64,000 nucleotides of DNA from an uncultured virus (IMG/VR IMGVR_UViG_3300007539_000015) (lineage: Duplodnaviria > Heunggongvirae > Uroviricota > Caudoviricetes): the IMG/VR virus record IMGVR_UViG_3300007539_000015, one strand, 5' to 3'. Each line of letters opens with the position of its first letter. The first letter of the stretch is position 1. This document shows positions 28,558 to 43,200 of this stretch, piece after piece. The position numbers and the translations under genes were made by a program. Below the pieces are notes generated by a model, which worked only from the letters and a program-made list of their open reading frames with translations, was not told where the DNA came from and did not search any database.

Positions 28558-30620
28558 TAAGAACCTCCTGTGTAGATAATAAACTCAACTGTTGTATATG
28601 GACTGGTATGATAATATGGTGTATTTTGTATATCATTCATTGATCCTGTCCTATCAATTCCTGTGCCTGTTGTTGTTCCTGTAATATTTTGAGAACTTGC
28701 ACCTGTATCTGTGCCACCTGTTACGTTTGTTACTCCATAGTATTGCTCGCCATTATCGCCTTGCATACTATGTGTGTGATCTGGTAATTGGGCTTGTGTG
28801 ATATTGTGAGATTCGCTACCACCTGTTAAACCTACTGTATTAGCAGCAGCATCATTCAAAACCCTGTTTCCGCTTGTAGCTGCACCTAAGTGTCCTAGTA
28901 AATGTCTACCTCTAAAATCAGGTAAAACAAAAAAGTCTGGCGTGCTCGGTGTTCCGTATAAATTACCTATAATAGCATATAAAGGTTCATAATCGCCGCC
29001 TCTAGCTAATTCTTGTCCGTGACATAACTCCCAACCAGTTGGTGCTATTGTTCCTGCATAGGGCATAATCATTCCCAACGCAAACACTGGAATAGTGCTG
29101 ACAATTTGTGCTTGCGTCATTTTGCGCAAACCTTCTGAATTATACACTAAAAATTGATCTGTTGGTGCCACTGCTACTGAAATTGCAGTTTGATTTGTAA
29201 GGAAGTTTGGATCTATATTAAGTGTCCACTCTTTGGTTGTGCCGCCTACTTGTCCGTCAAATTGCACACTTCCTGTTGCAGTTACATCTCCGGCGCTGTT
29301 AAATTGGAATGTTGTAGGACTTGACAGTTTGCCTGCCGATTGAGCACTGCCGCTTACATTTCCTGTTACATTTCCTTCTAAATTTCCGTGAAAAGTATTT
29401 GCATATACATGTGCATATTTTAAATTAGGTAATCCAATACTATTAGCTAAATTTGTATAAGGTTGTATATTATTAGCATAAATTGAACCAGTGTTATTAG
29501 TATCATTTAGGTTGAAGTAAGCATCTCCGCCAACATTGATATCTTTAGAAATACCAACTCCGCCTGCGGTGTTAATTGCTCCGTCTGTTGTGTTACTACT
29601 ATTCAACGTGCTAGTTGAAATAATCTTTGTTGCTTTTATATTTCCTGTTACATCAAGTGCTTCTTCAGGAGATGTGTTTAAAATTCCGTGTTTGCCGTCA
29701 GATGCAATATACAGAGATGTTTGATTTGCTCCGCTGTTATTTGTGTTAAAATTAATAGATCCGTCTGTAGCTTTGTTTCTGATTGTAATAGACGATCCGG
29801 TCACGCTGGCTGTTAATATGCCATTTTCGCCAATGGTTAATCCAGCATTGCTAGAGATTCGTTGTTCTTTTGTAAATCTATTTATTACATCTAATCTCGC
29901 AATATCTCCGTAGACTAAACTGTTATTACCACTAGCATCAACTAATGCTTCGGCTTTTTCACTTGTGCCGTAATATTTTGCTTTTGCACCACTAAATATT
30001 GATTCTGTTGGAATATTAACACCAGGCTTCATCACATAACCTGTAGGAAATCCTGTAACCTTGGCTTTTGGTGTAAATTCAACATAACTATAAACTGCAA
30101 TAATATTATTGTTTACATAATTAATCAATACTGTGTGATTTGTATCAGTGCCAAGCAGTGTGCTTGTGCCAATGAGGGTTGCAATTTTTGCACCTGTTGC
30201 AGTAGACTCACTATAATCTGGACCAATTAAAACCCAGCCACTACCACTGTAAATGTATGCTTGTAAATTTGCTGTATCTACCCAGATGTCGCCAAGTATA
30301 CTTGCACTTGCTTCTGGTTGTGAGGCTGCTTTTTTGATGCCGCCTGCTGCTACCCATGCTGCACCATCGTATACTTTCAGCTGATCAACGCCTGCGGTTA
30401 TATCATACCAAAGTTGTCCTTCTACAGGACTACTAGGTGCAGTAGTATTTGCAAAATTTTCTAAAAGATGCAAAAAGTTTTCATTGATATAAGCACCATA
30501 ACCAGACAGATTCTGCCCTACTAATTTTAAACTTGTATCTGTAGAATTTAGGCCATTTTCTTCAACTGTAAGAGAACCTTTATTAATTAAATCTGTAAAG
30601 TTTATGGTATAGTCTGCCAT
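28557..30620 (-). CDS. Tail fibre protein with tail-collar domain (short tail fibre-like)
   Basis: Shared N-terminal module; collar motif GMIMPYAG..APTGWELCHG...LYAIIG..YG....F.LPDFRGR; LPDHTH tip. Confidence 0.8.
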   Translation of the reverse strand: MADYTINFTDLINKGSLTVEENGLNSTDTSLKLVGQNLSGYGAYINENFLHLLENFANTTAPSSPVEGQLWYDITAGVDQLKVYDGAAWVAAGGIKKAASQPEASASILGDIWVDTANLQAYIYSGSGWVLIGPDYSESTATGAKIATLIGTSTLLGTDTNHTVLINYVNNNIIAVYSYVEFTPKAKVTGFPTGYVMKPGVNIPTESIFSGAKAKYYGTSEKAEALVDASGNNSLVYGDIARLDVINRFTKEQRISSNAGLTIGENGILTASVTGSSITIRNKATDGSINFNTNNSGANQTSLYIASDGKHGILNTSPEEALDVTGNIKATKIISTSTLNSSNTTDGAINTAGGVGISKDINVGGDAYFNLNDTNNTGSIYANNIQPYTNLANSIGLPNLKYAHVYANTFHGNLEGNVTGNVSGSAQSAGKLSSPTTFQFNSAGDVTATGSVQFDGQVGGTTKEWTLNIDPNFLTNQTAISVAVAPTDQFLVYNSEGLRKMTQAQIVSTIPVFALGMIMPYAGTIAPTGWELCHGQELARGGDYEPLYAIIGNLYGTPSTPDFFVLPDFRGRHLLGHLGAATSGNRVLNDAAANTVGLTGGSESHNITQAQLPDHTHSMQGDNGEQYYGVTNVTGGTDTGASSQNITGTTTGTGIDRTGSMNDIQNTPYYHTSPYTTVEFIIYTGGS

Positions 30621-30622
30621 GA

Positions 30623-31231
30623 TTACCCCTCAATTCCGCTTAAACTTTGAATTCTTACAGTATAATCTACTTGTATCAAACGGTTTAAACTTTTTTGCAC
30701 TGGATGGAATATAACATGTGTAATCAATCTTCCAGTTCCGCTTGCACTATAACTACGTAAACCTAATTCATCAAATACATATAAACTGTCATTGCTGCCA
30801 GCAGTATCAAACGCATCTTGTCCTGAAGGTTCTCCGTAGTCTAACAAGCATCTAACTAATATATCAGTATAATTTGTCCCACTAACATGTCTAATTTCAG
30901 TTTTGTTTCTCGCTGGATCAGTGTTGTTAACACTGCGTTCATCAACTACTTTTGTAAATGTTTGATTATACAAACTGCTGTTTGTGCCTGTGCTGTTTGG
31001 TGTTAAGTATGTCACAATACCTGTTGGATCAACACTGGTTCCACCGTTGCCAAAACTCATTTCATAAACAAAGCCTTCGCCTTGGTTAGCAAGACTTTCT
31101 GCTAATGCAATACTCATATTTTCATAATGAATAGCATTGCGTTTGTTCACATAAATTTCGCCGCTATCAGGGTCAGAAATTTTTATGTGTCCTTCAACAT
31201 GTATTCCATTTAGATCATTAAACTGTGTCAT
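30623..31231 (-). CDS. Putative baseplate/structural protein
   Basis: Lies between the giant baseplate gene and the fibres; contains FDELGL and HVIFHPVQKS; TAAATA upstream. Confidence 0.55.
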   Translation of the reverse strand: MTQFNDLNGIHVEGHIKISDPDSGEIYVNKRNAIHYENMSIALAESLANQGEGFVYEMSFGNGGTSVDPTGIVTYLTPNSTGTNSSLYNQTFTKVVDERSVNNTDPARNKTEIRHVSGTNYTDILVRCLLDYGEPSGQDAFDTAGSNDSLYVFDELGLRSYSASGTGRLITHVIFHPVQKSLNRLIQVDYTVRIQSLSGIEG

Positions 31232-31252
31232 CTTTTTTACCTTATACTGTAT

Positions 31253-34200
31253 TTATTTAGGTAGCTCAATTGTTGCTCCGCGAATAAATTTTGCTATTGG
31301 TGAAGAACTGGTTCTAAGTGTTTCATTTGGTTGAATCCATCTTCTTCCAGTTCTTTTCACTACTCTTATTTCTGTGTTTACAGCAGGAGTTGTAGTAAAG
31401 TTTATACGTTTTTCTCCTGATACATCTACTACTGTAAACTCTTGTGCTTTAACTTGATCGCCTTCGGTGCTGTCTTGTGCTATAGTGTTGTTGTAAACAT
31501 TAACATCAACTTTACTTAACTTTTTACCACCAACAAACACCTCAATTTCGTTTATGTTATCAAATGTAAATCCAAGATCTACAATTTGACTCGAACCATC
31601 TGCAAAATCTCTATATACATCATATGTGTCTTGGTAGTCAATTGTTTCTCCTGGACCTTGACCAAATGCTCTATCGCCTGCTTTGTGCAAACTCTTAACA
31701 CCTGTTCCTAATGTTCCTCTGCGCAATTGAGATAATGTATTTCCTTGGACTGAAAAATATTCAATACGTTCGCCATCAATCCAAAGTATACCTGGCAGGT
31801 TTTTAAGTGTGTTTGGTTTCTGTATTCCAGTTGCATCATCAAGTAGAATAGAGTTGTCATATACTTGCAAATCTTTTGCTAATACGTAAGAGTTTTCTTG
31901 GTTTAACCGCTTGTAATGTGTTCTACCAAGCATGTCTCTAAATATTCTAAAACCAAAACGCTTACCTGATACTGCATTAGTCCAATGTAAAACTTGTATT
32001 TTATCATTAGCAGCAGGAATTTCGTTTAATCTTACTGCATCAAGTTCTTCCATTACTTCGTAATCAATCAAAGGACGTAGTAATTTTTTATTTTTTACTA
32101 CCCATACATATTGCGCTCCAGCTGCTTGACTATCAAGTTCGACAATACCACTTGTTAATAAATTACGTCTGGTATATTCAGAAGTAAATTCATTTACTAC
32201 AGTGTCAGTTAAAACGTCATAACTGTATCTTCTAAATTTGTTAACATCATGATTACTAAAATGCATTACTCTATAAGTTGTAAATGCCCCATTGTATTTG
32301 TCTGGATCTATACTTATACTGTCGCTTTCTATAAATTCTATATTTGCAATTTTCATTTGCGTAGAATCGTTTGTTACCCAAAAATCTTCGTCTGCAACAA
32401 ATTCATCTCTAATTTGTCTTGCCATTCCTTCAACAACAACTACGTTATTTGATACTGATTTTACAATAGGATTAAAAACAGTAGAAGAGGCTGTGCTAAC
32501 TAATTTTAACGGCTGGCCTACTGTTACTAACGGCTCCATATTAATTGTTGTGCTACCATCTACCTCTGTAAATTCTATTTGTGTATCAATAAAGTAATAA
32601 TCTGCATTATTGATTACATAGATATCTAGTTTTGTTCCTGCTGGTGCTATGGTATTTGACAATATTGTAATTCTTGCACTTGTTTGATCCCATGTCCAAT
32701 ATTGTCTGTCAACTCTTACATCGTCTGCATATACTAAAATGTCACGACTATTAATTTGTGTCAAGTCTGAAAATGCCCAGCTATCTAAATCGTATACTCT
32801 ATCAGTTGTTGTAGTATATCTGATACTGTAACCAGGATCTAATATTTCATCGTCACCAAAAACGATCAAATTATGACCTAAAGGTTTTACATTAAATGGT
32901 GTAGGCGTATTGGTAAAGTTCCAATAATTTCCTAATGTTTGATTCCATGTTATATCTTGGTATACTAGGCTATAACTTACAATATTTGTATCATACACAG
33001 CATATTGTATAATGTTATTTTCTCCAAGTCTCACACGACCGCCTGGAAATTCGATTGTAATTTTGTTTGCTGCTTCTGTTGTGCTATCGCTAATGTTTAA
33101 GAAATAGTCGCTACCTTCTGTTGCAACACGGCCGTTCATAACAACAATTGCACTAGCATCACTGCTGAAGTCAGCTGCTGTTACAAATCTCCAATTTTCG
33201 CCAAATGGTTGATTTGCAATATCATAAGAGTTGAGTTGTATTGTTTTAGAATCAATTAAATTGTTACCGTTGGATCCAAATGTCATAACAGTAATACTAT
33301 CGCCAGCTTCTATATTTTCATCGCTATCAATAAAAACTGCATTTAAATCATAATCTGAATAAAATACATCTTCTCTTAAAACTTTTTGATTAACCATTAC
33401 AACAACATTTGTTTCTCCAAATGGTTTTTCAGGAAACTCAAACTCTCTTGTAGATCCATCATAGATATAATTAGCAACAGCAATGTTTGCTAATCCGTTA
33501 TTAGGTCTTGTATATACTTGTAAATCAAGTGTATCTGTAACTGTGCCAGGAACAAGTTCTTCAGGACCTTTGCTGTTGGTTGCTGAAAAGAATTCATCGC
33601 CGTCTACTACAATTTCTCCACTTGGTATGCCTGTGGCAGTAGTTTTATCAAGAGCGCCGCCTGACAAACTGGTGTCAAAATTTGTGCTTACAGGAGATAG
33701 AGATCCGTCACTTTCTTCTTTTCTAATAATTACTTCATCACCATCTGTTGTAGTAAATATACCTTGTATATCTATTTCAATTTGCTCACCGTCGCCTACA
33801 ATTGTAGCCATTACAGCATTTTTGTTGGCTGTAGCAGTGCTGCCATCATATGCAGGGTCGTCTAACCTTACGCCGTTTAGATATATGTTGTAATTTACTC
33901 CATTTTCTAGAGGTTTTGAAAGTGTGATTGTAGCAGTGCTACCATCTAATTTAATTACTTCGTCACTAAATGTGTTATCAAAAGTGTCCCAAGGCAAATC
34001 ACTAAATCCGCCGGCGCCAAATCCTTGTTCATTACCAAAACCAAAACTATCGTATAATGCACCTTCGTATTCAACACCTTGCATTACTTGACTTAATTCT
34101 TTGCCAGGCATACCTGTAGTAGGATTGTATTCATACAACACTCTGTCGGCAGCATGAAGCAGACTGGTTGCTTTTTTGTAATTTACAACAATCACATCAT

Positions 34201-37200
34201 CGATTGCAGGATCTTTTACAAAATTAATATACCCAAAATACCTATCATAACCTTTTGTAGTATCAAGATCATTGCCAACTTGATATTCGCTTTTCAACAT
34301 CTCAACACCATTTACTGTGACACTAAATGTATTTGTCTTTACATTCATTGGCCACAACAATTGGAATTTTTGTTTTGCGCCTGTTCCTAAAAAGTTTTCT
34401 TTTTGGTCAATAGTCTCAAAATATTTTTTACCACTAACTCTGTCAAATTTTACAGTCATGTGTGTGCTTCTTACCAAAGGATTACCAATAATTACACTTG
34501 CTTTTACTGGACTACCGTCTGGATCTTGATTGCCACTTACTGTTACAGTAGGAGCAGATAACACTCTGTTGCCTTTTTTAAGTATTTCAATTGATTTAAC
34601 TTTGCCTTTAGCAATATATGCTCTCGCAGTTGCTCCACTATTTCCACTAATAGTAACATCTGGTGTATTGTTAAACCCACTGCCTCCGTCTAAAACTTCA
34701 ATACTAACTATTTCATATGTATTGTTATCTACCCAATTTTTGTATGGATACGTAAAATATTTTTGCCACAAATCTGTAACTTCATTGTTTGAAAATTTAG
34801 CAACACTAGGAGTAATATTTCCTCCAATGTAGCTAGGTGGTAAATCAAAGTCAGATATCAAACTATTGGTAGGTTCAATTTTTTCGTATGAACTTATGTA
34901 TTCTCTAACACTAGTTTTATAAGGCTTAACTTCGTTGATATAATCTTGATAATTTTCAAGATTGTCATTTTGATATGCAACTTTTTGTTCCAATTCTCCA
35001 ACATTATGTTTTGCTCTTAAGAAACTTGATTTAAATACCCAATCAACATTTTCCTGTTCAGATAGTGCATATCTTACACTTGCAAAAAATAGTTTATTGT
35101 ATTCTACAGCCAATTCGCCAATAAAAATATCAGTTTTAATAGCATTTAATATATTTCTTAATTCATTAACTGGTTCTCTATCATAAAATGCTATATCATA
35201 TACACCAGCATCATAACCAGTAGTTTCTGTTGAATAATTATAAATTAAGCTAGACAATTGAATTGTGCCATTTTGTCTGCCTACAGTTTTGTAATTAATT
35301 GTATAATCTTCAGTGTCTTGGTTGTCTATTTTTTCTAACAGAAGCCAGCCGCCTGTTCCAATATTTTTTATTTTAACAACATCACCTATTGTATTATCTA
35401 ATCCGAATAATTCATAACTAGATTCTATTGTTTGGTTAATTATTGTGTTTATTGAATAACCAGTAGCGTAATAATCAGCATAATTCCAATACTTGGTTGT
35501 ATCAAAACTTTGGTTGTCTGTTCTATTCCATTCTCTAGAAGTAGGATTGTAAACATATATGCTCCAACGTCCGCCAATTGTTTCATCTGCGTTTACTAAT
35601 ACACTGAATTCTCTTACTTTTAAAATTGTGTTAGACGAATAATCAAAACCTTGTTCTTTAATTTCAACACTTGTAATTTGTCCATTACTGTTTATTGTTG
35701 CTTTAAATTCAGCATTTTTACCTGTGACATCATCAAATTCAATTTCAGGAGCAACTTTATATCCGTTGCCTGCATTTGTAATAATTACGTCGGTGATTTT
35801 ACCGTCAACAATCACAGGTGTTAAAACAGCTTGTGTCTTTTTTGCAGTTCCTACAAATTGTAAATCATTTACAGTATCAACTGCAACATCGTGTTTTCCT
35901 AAAGACAATAAAGGTGCTGGATCCACTAATAATAATTTGCTTATATTATAATTATCTACTATAATATTTTTCAAAAATACTGAGTTGACTCTATCAACAA
36001 ATTGTTTTACAGCTTCTATTCTATTTACAAACATACTCTGTCTTGGAATATTTAACAATCCGTATTTTTTAGCAACTTGTAAATTTTCATCTGGAACTGA
36101 GTTGCCTATGTTATCATATCCGATTAAACTATCAATCCATTTTTGTTCTATGTCTTTGCTTGGCATAGAAACATCTAAACCTTCTGTTAATAAATTATAC
36201 TCGTAATGTATAGGCACATTCAAATCTACATCTTTTTCTTTTCTAAAATGTAGTATTGTATTTCGACCTTCAATTAAACTTGCAGTGTTATACATTGCAA
36301 ATTTGTTATTTTCTAGTATACTAATAAATCTATAACCTGTTGAGGCAGGATCTCTGATTAAGTTAGTTACCGATTCACAACTTAAAATACGCCCTGGAAC
36401 ATTAGGAACAATTTGCGTATTTCTTACCCAGTAAAAATATTTTGTTATAAATCTTTTTCTAATAGCATCATAAACTTGCTTGCTACTAAACACTTCGCTA
36501 CCGTATAGAGTAGTGCCAGTTACACCTCTTGCATAACCTTCAGTTGTGCCAGCTAAGTCGTCCCATTCACTTGGAAGTAAATCTGACGATACCCATTCAC
36601 AAACTTGTATTTGTGCGTTAGGCAATAATTTATGGAACACACCTGCTCTATAATTGCTGTTACCTTGATAAGGATCAAACCAACTTGCTTTGCTAATATC
36701 CCACCATAGTTTTCCAACATATCTATCTGTCCAGTTTGAATATGCATCTACTGTAACATCTTGTTCGCCTGTGCTAAAAGAATATACTGCTGGATCATAC
36801 CAAGTTTTAAATGTAATTTCTTGTTCTGCTGGACCTGCAATTTTTCCTTGTCTTGGATCTATAACATCTAAACGTTGTATAATATCTTTTTTGTCATCGC
36901 TATACAAAAATACCTGTTGTAGTTCTTGTATTTTTGGTTTTGAAACTTGACTTGTTAAAATAGTCCAGCTATCTTTTCCTTTAGTAAAACTAAAATCAGC
37001 TAACAATCCTTGGTTAACACTATTTACATATTTAGAATTTCCTGTGGCTGGATTGTCTGCTGCAAGGGCAGTAATAGTTGGCATATTCAAATACAAATGA
37101 TTTTGATTAAATTTAAAATCGTCAAGCACATGATTGGATGTATCTCTTTTATATGCTATATCTTCTCCGTAAACATAGGTGTTGTTGATTAGTTGGAATA

Positions 37201-40200
37201 CTACAATTCTGCCTGTATCTTGTATAGTTTTTGATATTCTTGTGTTACCATTGTCAAGTTTTAATTGATTGTTATCAAAACCTGTAACTTCAACTAAATC
37301 ACTGTTTTTACCACAAATTGCAAGTTTATTACCGCTAAAATCAACTGCACTTCCGAATGCTTCATTTTTATCTTTATAAGGACTTCTAACATTTTGCGAC
37401 AGAGTATACAAATCATCTGACTGCTGCTTATACAGGTATACTGTGCCAGCATCATTTGATATATCATCGTTGTATGGTGCTGCTACAGCAATACGATCAC
37501 CGTCGTCATTGATAGCAAAGTCTACACCCCAGCTTTCTCTTTTTGTAGTATCTGCTTTTATTTCTTGTATATATTTCCATCTATTGACTGGTTTGTTATA
37601 AACACTAAGAGTTCTAACACTACTTACATCAGACTCAACAACAATTTTATCTCCATTGTCATTTACGTCAAATTTAATGCCAAAATTTGATTCGCCTGTA
37701 TCAGAGTCACCGTCTAATTCTTGGTATCTATTAGGAATATATCCGGTGTGTTCTATATCTTGTGCTGCAATCCAACTATTTGTATCTGTAGGTAATTTAT
37801 CATTAACAGGAGTTGTTAGAGGAATTCTTTCAACAAGTGCTTGATACAATGCACCTTGGTAGAAAACTATATCGTTTTCTCTATATTTTTCATTTACATC
37901 AAACACACCTTTGTAGCTTCTATTTCTCGTCCACTTCCATTCGTCGTCAAATTCAAAGAAATAAACACGACCTACGTCAATACCAGGAGCACTAACATAC
38001 AATTGATGTATACCATTTATATTTTTTCTTAATTCTACTTGATAACCAAATTGTTCTTCTGCATTTGGATCAGGACTACACATAACTATGTCTAAGGTAT
38101 ACTCTCTTGTAGAATCATCAAACTTGTAAATATGAACAATACCTTGATTACTCAATCCTGATGAATTTCCTACACCAGCAGGAATATAATATGCTGGTTC
38201 CCAATCATTACTGTCGCTATCAGAAATAGTGCTACTATCGCTATAACTGTCATGCCAGTTGCTTACAGCTTGTTTGGCTCTCCATAGTGTGCCTCTGTCA
38301 ACTACTATATCACCTTGGTCGTATGCTTCAGTTGGATCATAAGTGCCTTTAAATTGTGTTAACGCATTATCAGCTCGTGGTGCACCAACTGCAATAAATT
38401 TACTATCTGGTGAAATTGCAACACTTGCACCGTATCCAGAATTTATGTCAGCTTCTTGTTCTGGTTCAAAAATTGCTCCTGCAGAATATGTAAAACTTTC
38501 TGCATTTCTAATCAGTAAAGATACTTTGCCTATTCTTGTAGATGACGTGTCGGTGCTGTCACCTCTAACAAGTGTTGTGTTTCCAAAGTTAATGTCATAT
38601 GATTCCGCTACACGGTTAAGCTGTGACTCTAAATTTGCATATTCTTGTTGTAAACTAATTACACTGTTATTTTCGTATACACTGAAAATACCTTGTCCGT
38701 TATCGTCTACCCAAAGTCTGTCAGCTGCATCTTTTTGTATATCTTCAATATTTAAATTTAGTGTTTCAAAGTCAGCAAATCTTCTTGTTATAAATCTACT
38801 TAAACTTGCGCCGCCGGCTGCTGAAAAACTATCATCAGGATCTTCAAAAGAAATTTCAATTTCACTTGATCCTAAATCAAATGTAATGTCACTGCCTAAT
38901 ACTTCTGTTACTTTGTAAAATCCTTTTAAATTTGGAATACTAGAAAATATTCCTATAATATCGTCAACAGCAATATCGTCAACTTGTCTATCGCAATTTA
39001 TTTTTACACCAGAATTACTCGACGCAAGTGTTAAATTTGTAAATCCTAGTATTTCTAAATCACTTTGACTGTGCTTTAAAACTGTCCAAGATTGTTTGTC
39101 AGTAGTTACCCAAATGTGTTTGCCAATTTCTAAATTGTCAATATCTATATTCAAAATAGAATCTTTAGATGTTACAATATATTCTACATCTTCTAATCTA
39201 ACATAACCTGAATTTTTTGTAAATGTATCCGTATTAGATATTACACTTGTTAATGTATGATCGTAATCTTCTGGCGATTTGAAAACTTGATTTTTAGCAA
39301 TTTCATAAACTAAGTCAGTTCTGCCAATTGTAATATTGTTATTAAGTTCAAATAACTGCGGTTCAATTCTGTATTTGCTTTCGTCAAGTTTGTATTCAAT
39401 TTCTTGAATATTATCAATTGCTCCGTATTGTCCAGCTCTAATTGCCCATTCTTCATAGAGCTCAACACTGTCTTTATTAGAAGAACCTAAAGCATCAAAC
39501 AACTTGGTCATAGCATTATTTGTGCCTTTTTCTTGTATAAATCCTTGATAAAATTTATATTGGCTCACATTATCGGTAATAATATTTTCTAAATATTGAC
39601 GTTTTTGATAGCCAATTAAATGCTGTGCTAAACGTTGTTGTTCTGTGTCAAAATTATCTGTATCTAAATCATAAAAATCTGCAAACTGATTAACTTTATA
39701 ATCCCAGTTTGGATAAATTTGCGATACAGGTTTTTCAGATAGTCTACGCCATTTTGTATTGTCAAATGTTTGTTTAGAACTATGATTTCCAAATGCACTA
39801 TAATAAAATTCTTTGTATTTTACTACATCGCCTATACGATAATCTGTGTTTTCTCGCCAATCAACAATTTTTGCTTCATCATAAAAAAATCCTGGTATAC
39901 TCAAACTACCAGTCCAATTATCTGTTCTATACCCTACAAGTTTGATACGTTCTTGTCTAAAGCCAGCTGCTTTATCAAAAATAACATCATTGAATACTGT
40001 TTGATTATCAATCAATACCACATGTTCTTTTTGCACTAATGGTAATTTAATTAAGAATATACCTTCCGGTGTGCCAACAGGATTAATTGTAAATTTTGTA
40101 TCTTTGTCTCTAAAAATATTTGTTAAACTACTGTCTATTGCATTACCGTTTCCGTCTAATATAGATACATCGTAAAAATTATCATATACATTATCAATAG

Positions 40201-43200
40201 TAAAATTGTTTTTTGAAAATGTAACTCTGTTAGCAGCAGGACTAATGGCTAATACTGTATCATTGTCCCAGTTTTGTGTGGTAAAGAATAAAAACTCTTT
40301 TATTAGTAGCAGCATGTCTTCTACTTGCCCACTTTCAGGATTAATGTTTTCAAAGTTCCAACCGTCGTCTTTTAAGTATGCTTCATACCCTAACAGGAAG
40401 TCTACAACGTCTTGTTCTGTTTTGTAAATCTGTCCGTAAGGAACACTTGTAGCAGTTTTGTTGAATCTTCTTCTAATAACGCCGGTTTTACCTCCTTGAA
40501 CAGGAAGCTCTGCTAACTTAGTAAAATTTTTATTTTCAAATTCATTAGAGCTTACATGAGAAACTTTTGCTCTATAAAATTCATTGTTGTATTTTACAAC
40601 TGTGCCAATTGTGTATGTATTAGACTCGCTCCAGTTTAAGAATTTTTCACTAATTCCTCCAACATTAATAGCACTATCACTTTGTGTTTCTATATAAGGA
40701 TAAATTGTAAATGAAGGATTTTGATTGTCATAACCTTCTATAATATATCCACTATCGCTCACTGTAATCAAAATGCCACTAAGTGTTGCAACTTGTTGAA
40801 CTGAAGAAGTATTTAAAAATATTTGATAATTTTCTTCTGGAACAAATACGCTGGTTTTATTCAACGGACTTCTGCTGTCAAGTAACAATTTCAATTTATT
40901 TTTTTCAGCAAAGCCGGCTAATTTTATGCTTAATTGATTGTCTAGCCTTTTTAAATCTGACTGATAAGAATCATAACTAGATGACACTGCCCATTTCACA
41001 TAATTTGCTATGTAATTTATTAAACCAGCAGTAAAATGTTGTTTTGATTCATTGCCAGTGAGTGTGGGAAAAATTATATCTTTTGTTGTAATAGCTTGTC
41101 CAGTTTCATTGTAAACAAAATTGCCTGCCATATCTTTGATAATTCTACTTCTATCAAAACCTAATCCAAAAACTTCACATGGCTTACTTACAATCCAAGC
41201 CTTTAGTATAGCAAATCTATAATCACTGCTATTTCTAAATGCACTTTCGGTTGGTCCTTGATCTCCGTAAACAAAAGGCTCGCTTGTAGAAGGTAGATAA
41301 AATCCTTGTGCTATTCCGCTATCCAAAGGTGAACGTAAATTTCCATTTTCGTCAGTAGGAATAATAGACAATAAATTTGGACGTTTATACTTGTCTAATG
41401 TCTTTACAGATTTGCCAGGTTCTTTTACAAAACCGTCACGTAAATCTTGCCATAGCACTGTATTACTTAGAGTGTATGGCGCAGGACCATAAACATCTTG
41501 CCACCATGTAGGCTCAATTGAAAAACCTAGCATTTCCCAAGGATGTGTATGCGGACGGTCTGTATCATAGAACTGTTTAAAGATTGCACGCCACCCACCT
41601 GGTAATCTATTGCCATCTGCATCTGACATGCTTCTATAATTAAATGTAAAACTATTTTCGCCGCTCCAATTTGTATTTTCAGTATAATTTGGATTTCCAG
41701 CTGTGCTTAACCATGAACTAAAATCTTCAAGAATAAGGCTATCAATTGTTTCTCTACTAACACCTGTCTTTCTATTAAATCCACCTATAAAATCATGAAT
41801 ATCTAAATATTCAGTGTTATAAGATGTTTTAATATTGTTGTAAATTCTTTTTTCAAGATCTAATAATAGTTCATCTCTATAATCATCAAATCTTACAGTA
41901 TAACTTCCATCATGTCCAACAATAACATCAACATTTCCATTAGCACCTGTAATTGTTTGGAACTCTGGTTTGTATAACGGATACAAACCTAATTTAGTTG
42001 GTGTAGGTGGAACATAGCACCCGTTTGTGTTTTCATATTCATATACAACTATGTCTTGTCCTATTGTTGGATTATAGTATTTTATAAATCCATTTTCAAA
42101 ATCGTAATCTACACCTTGATATTTTTGTTCGCCGTTAACATAAACTAAAACTGCTTTGTTGCTGATAGTTTTCAAATCAAAGTTTGTAAAACTTGTAGGC
42201 AAATATGCTGTTTCGTCATATTCTATTTCATGAATCGTTTCTGTAGTTGCATTCATCGGAATCATATCAGATGCAAAAAACGGCATACTTGATGTTTTGT
42301 CTTTGTTCAAAGTATTCATTATCAAGTCAACATGTTTTTTGGTATCTCCATGAAATCCAGTTTGGTTTGCTGTAAAAAGAAAGCTACTTTTAAATCTGCT
42401 GTATTCTTTCATAGCAAATTGAATAGATTTAATTATGTTTGCATCCTTATCTACCAAATGATATGCTGCTAAATTTACAGGTCCGCTGTGTTTCATAAAC
42501 TGCGTTCCGTATTGAGTAATGTTTGGTAAATCTCTTAGGTTTGTATTTCCAGGTATACTACCTTGTGCTACTGGATGATAATTTTCAACAATACTGTTAA
42601 CATGTTTGTTTACTTCACCGAGTGTAAATGTTGTAAGATTTTCATTTTGTGGATTGCTTTCCAAGTTCTTTGGTATTTCATAATATCCATTAACGTTTTT
42701 GTTTGCAGAACTATAACATTTTAAAACTACAATACTTTCACTATCTAAATTATTAAAAAATCTTACTTGTTTGTATTTTACAGTGTTATCTAATGTGTAA
42801 TCAACACCTTCAATTTTCTTTTTGTTGTTGACAAAAACTCTAACCACTAGATCATCGAGTAAATAACTATTATCAAATACATCTACAGGAAAATTATTTA
42901 ATTGTCCGTTATATTGTCTAATAACAGGTTGTCTTGATTTAAAATATGTTTTTTCCCAGACGCTTTTCCATTTATAACTGCCGTCTTGGTTAAAGATTTT
43001 GAAGAAACCACTTGAAGTATTTTTTTCTACAATATTTTGAGAACTGTCTTGATAGGTAAATTTATCGGTGTGATAATTAAAATCAAAAACAATATCACCA
43101 AAATTGTTAATACTTTGGTATTTCAACGGAAATCCAAGTTCTACATCGTTAGAGCCGCTTCCTTTTGCATAAGAAAAAAGTTTTGTCCCTATAAAACTTG

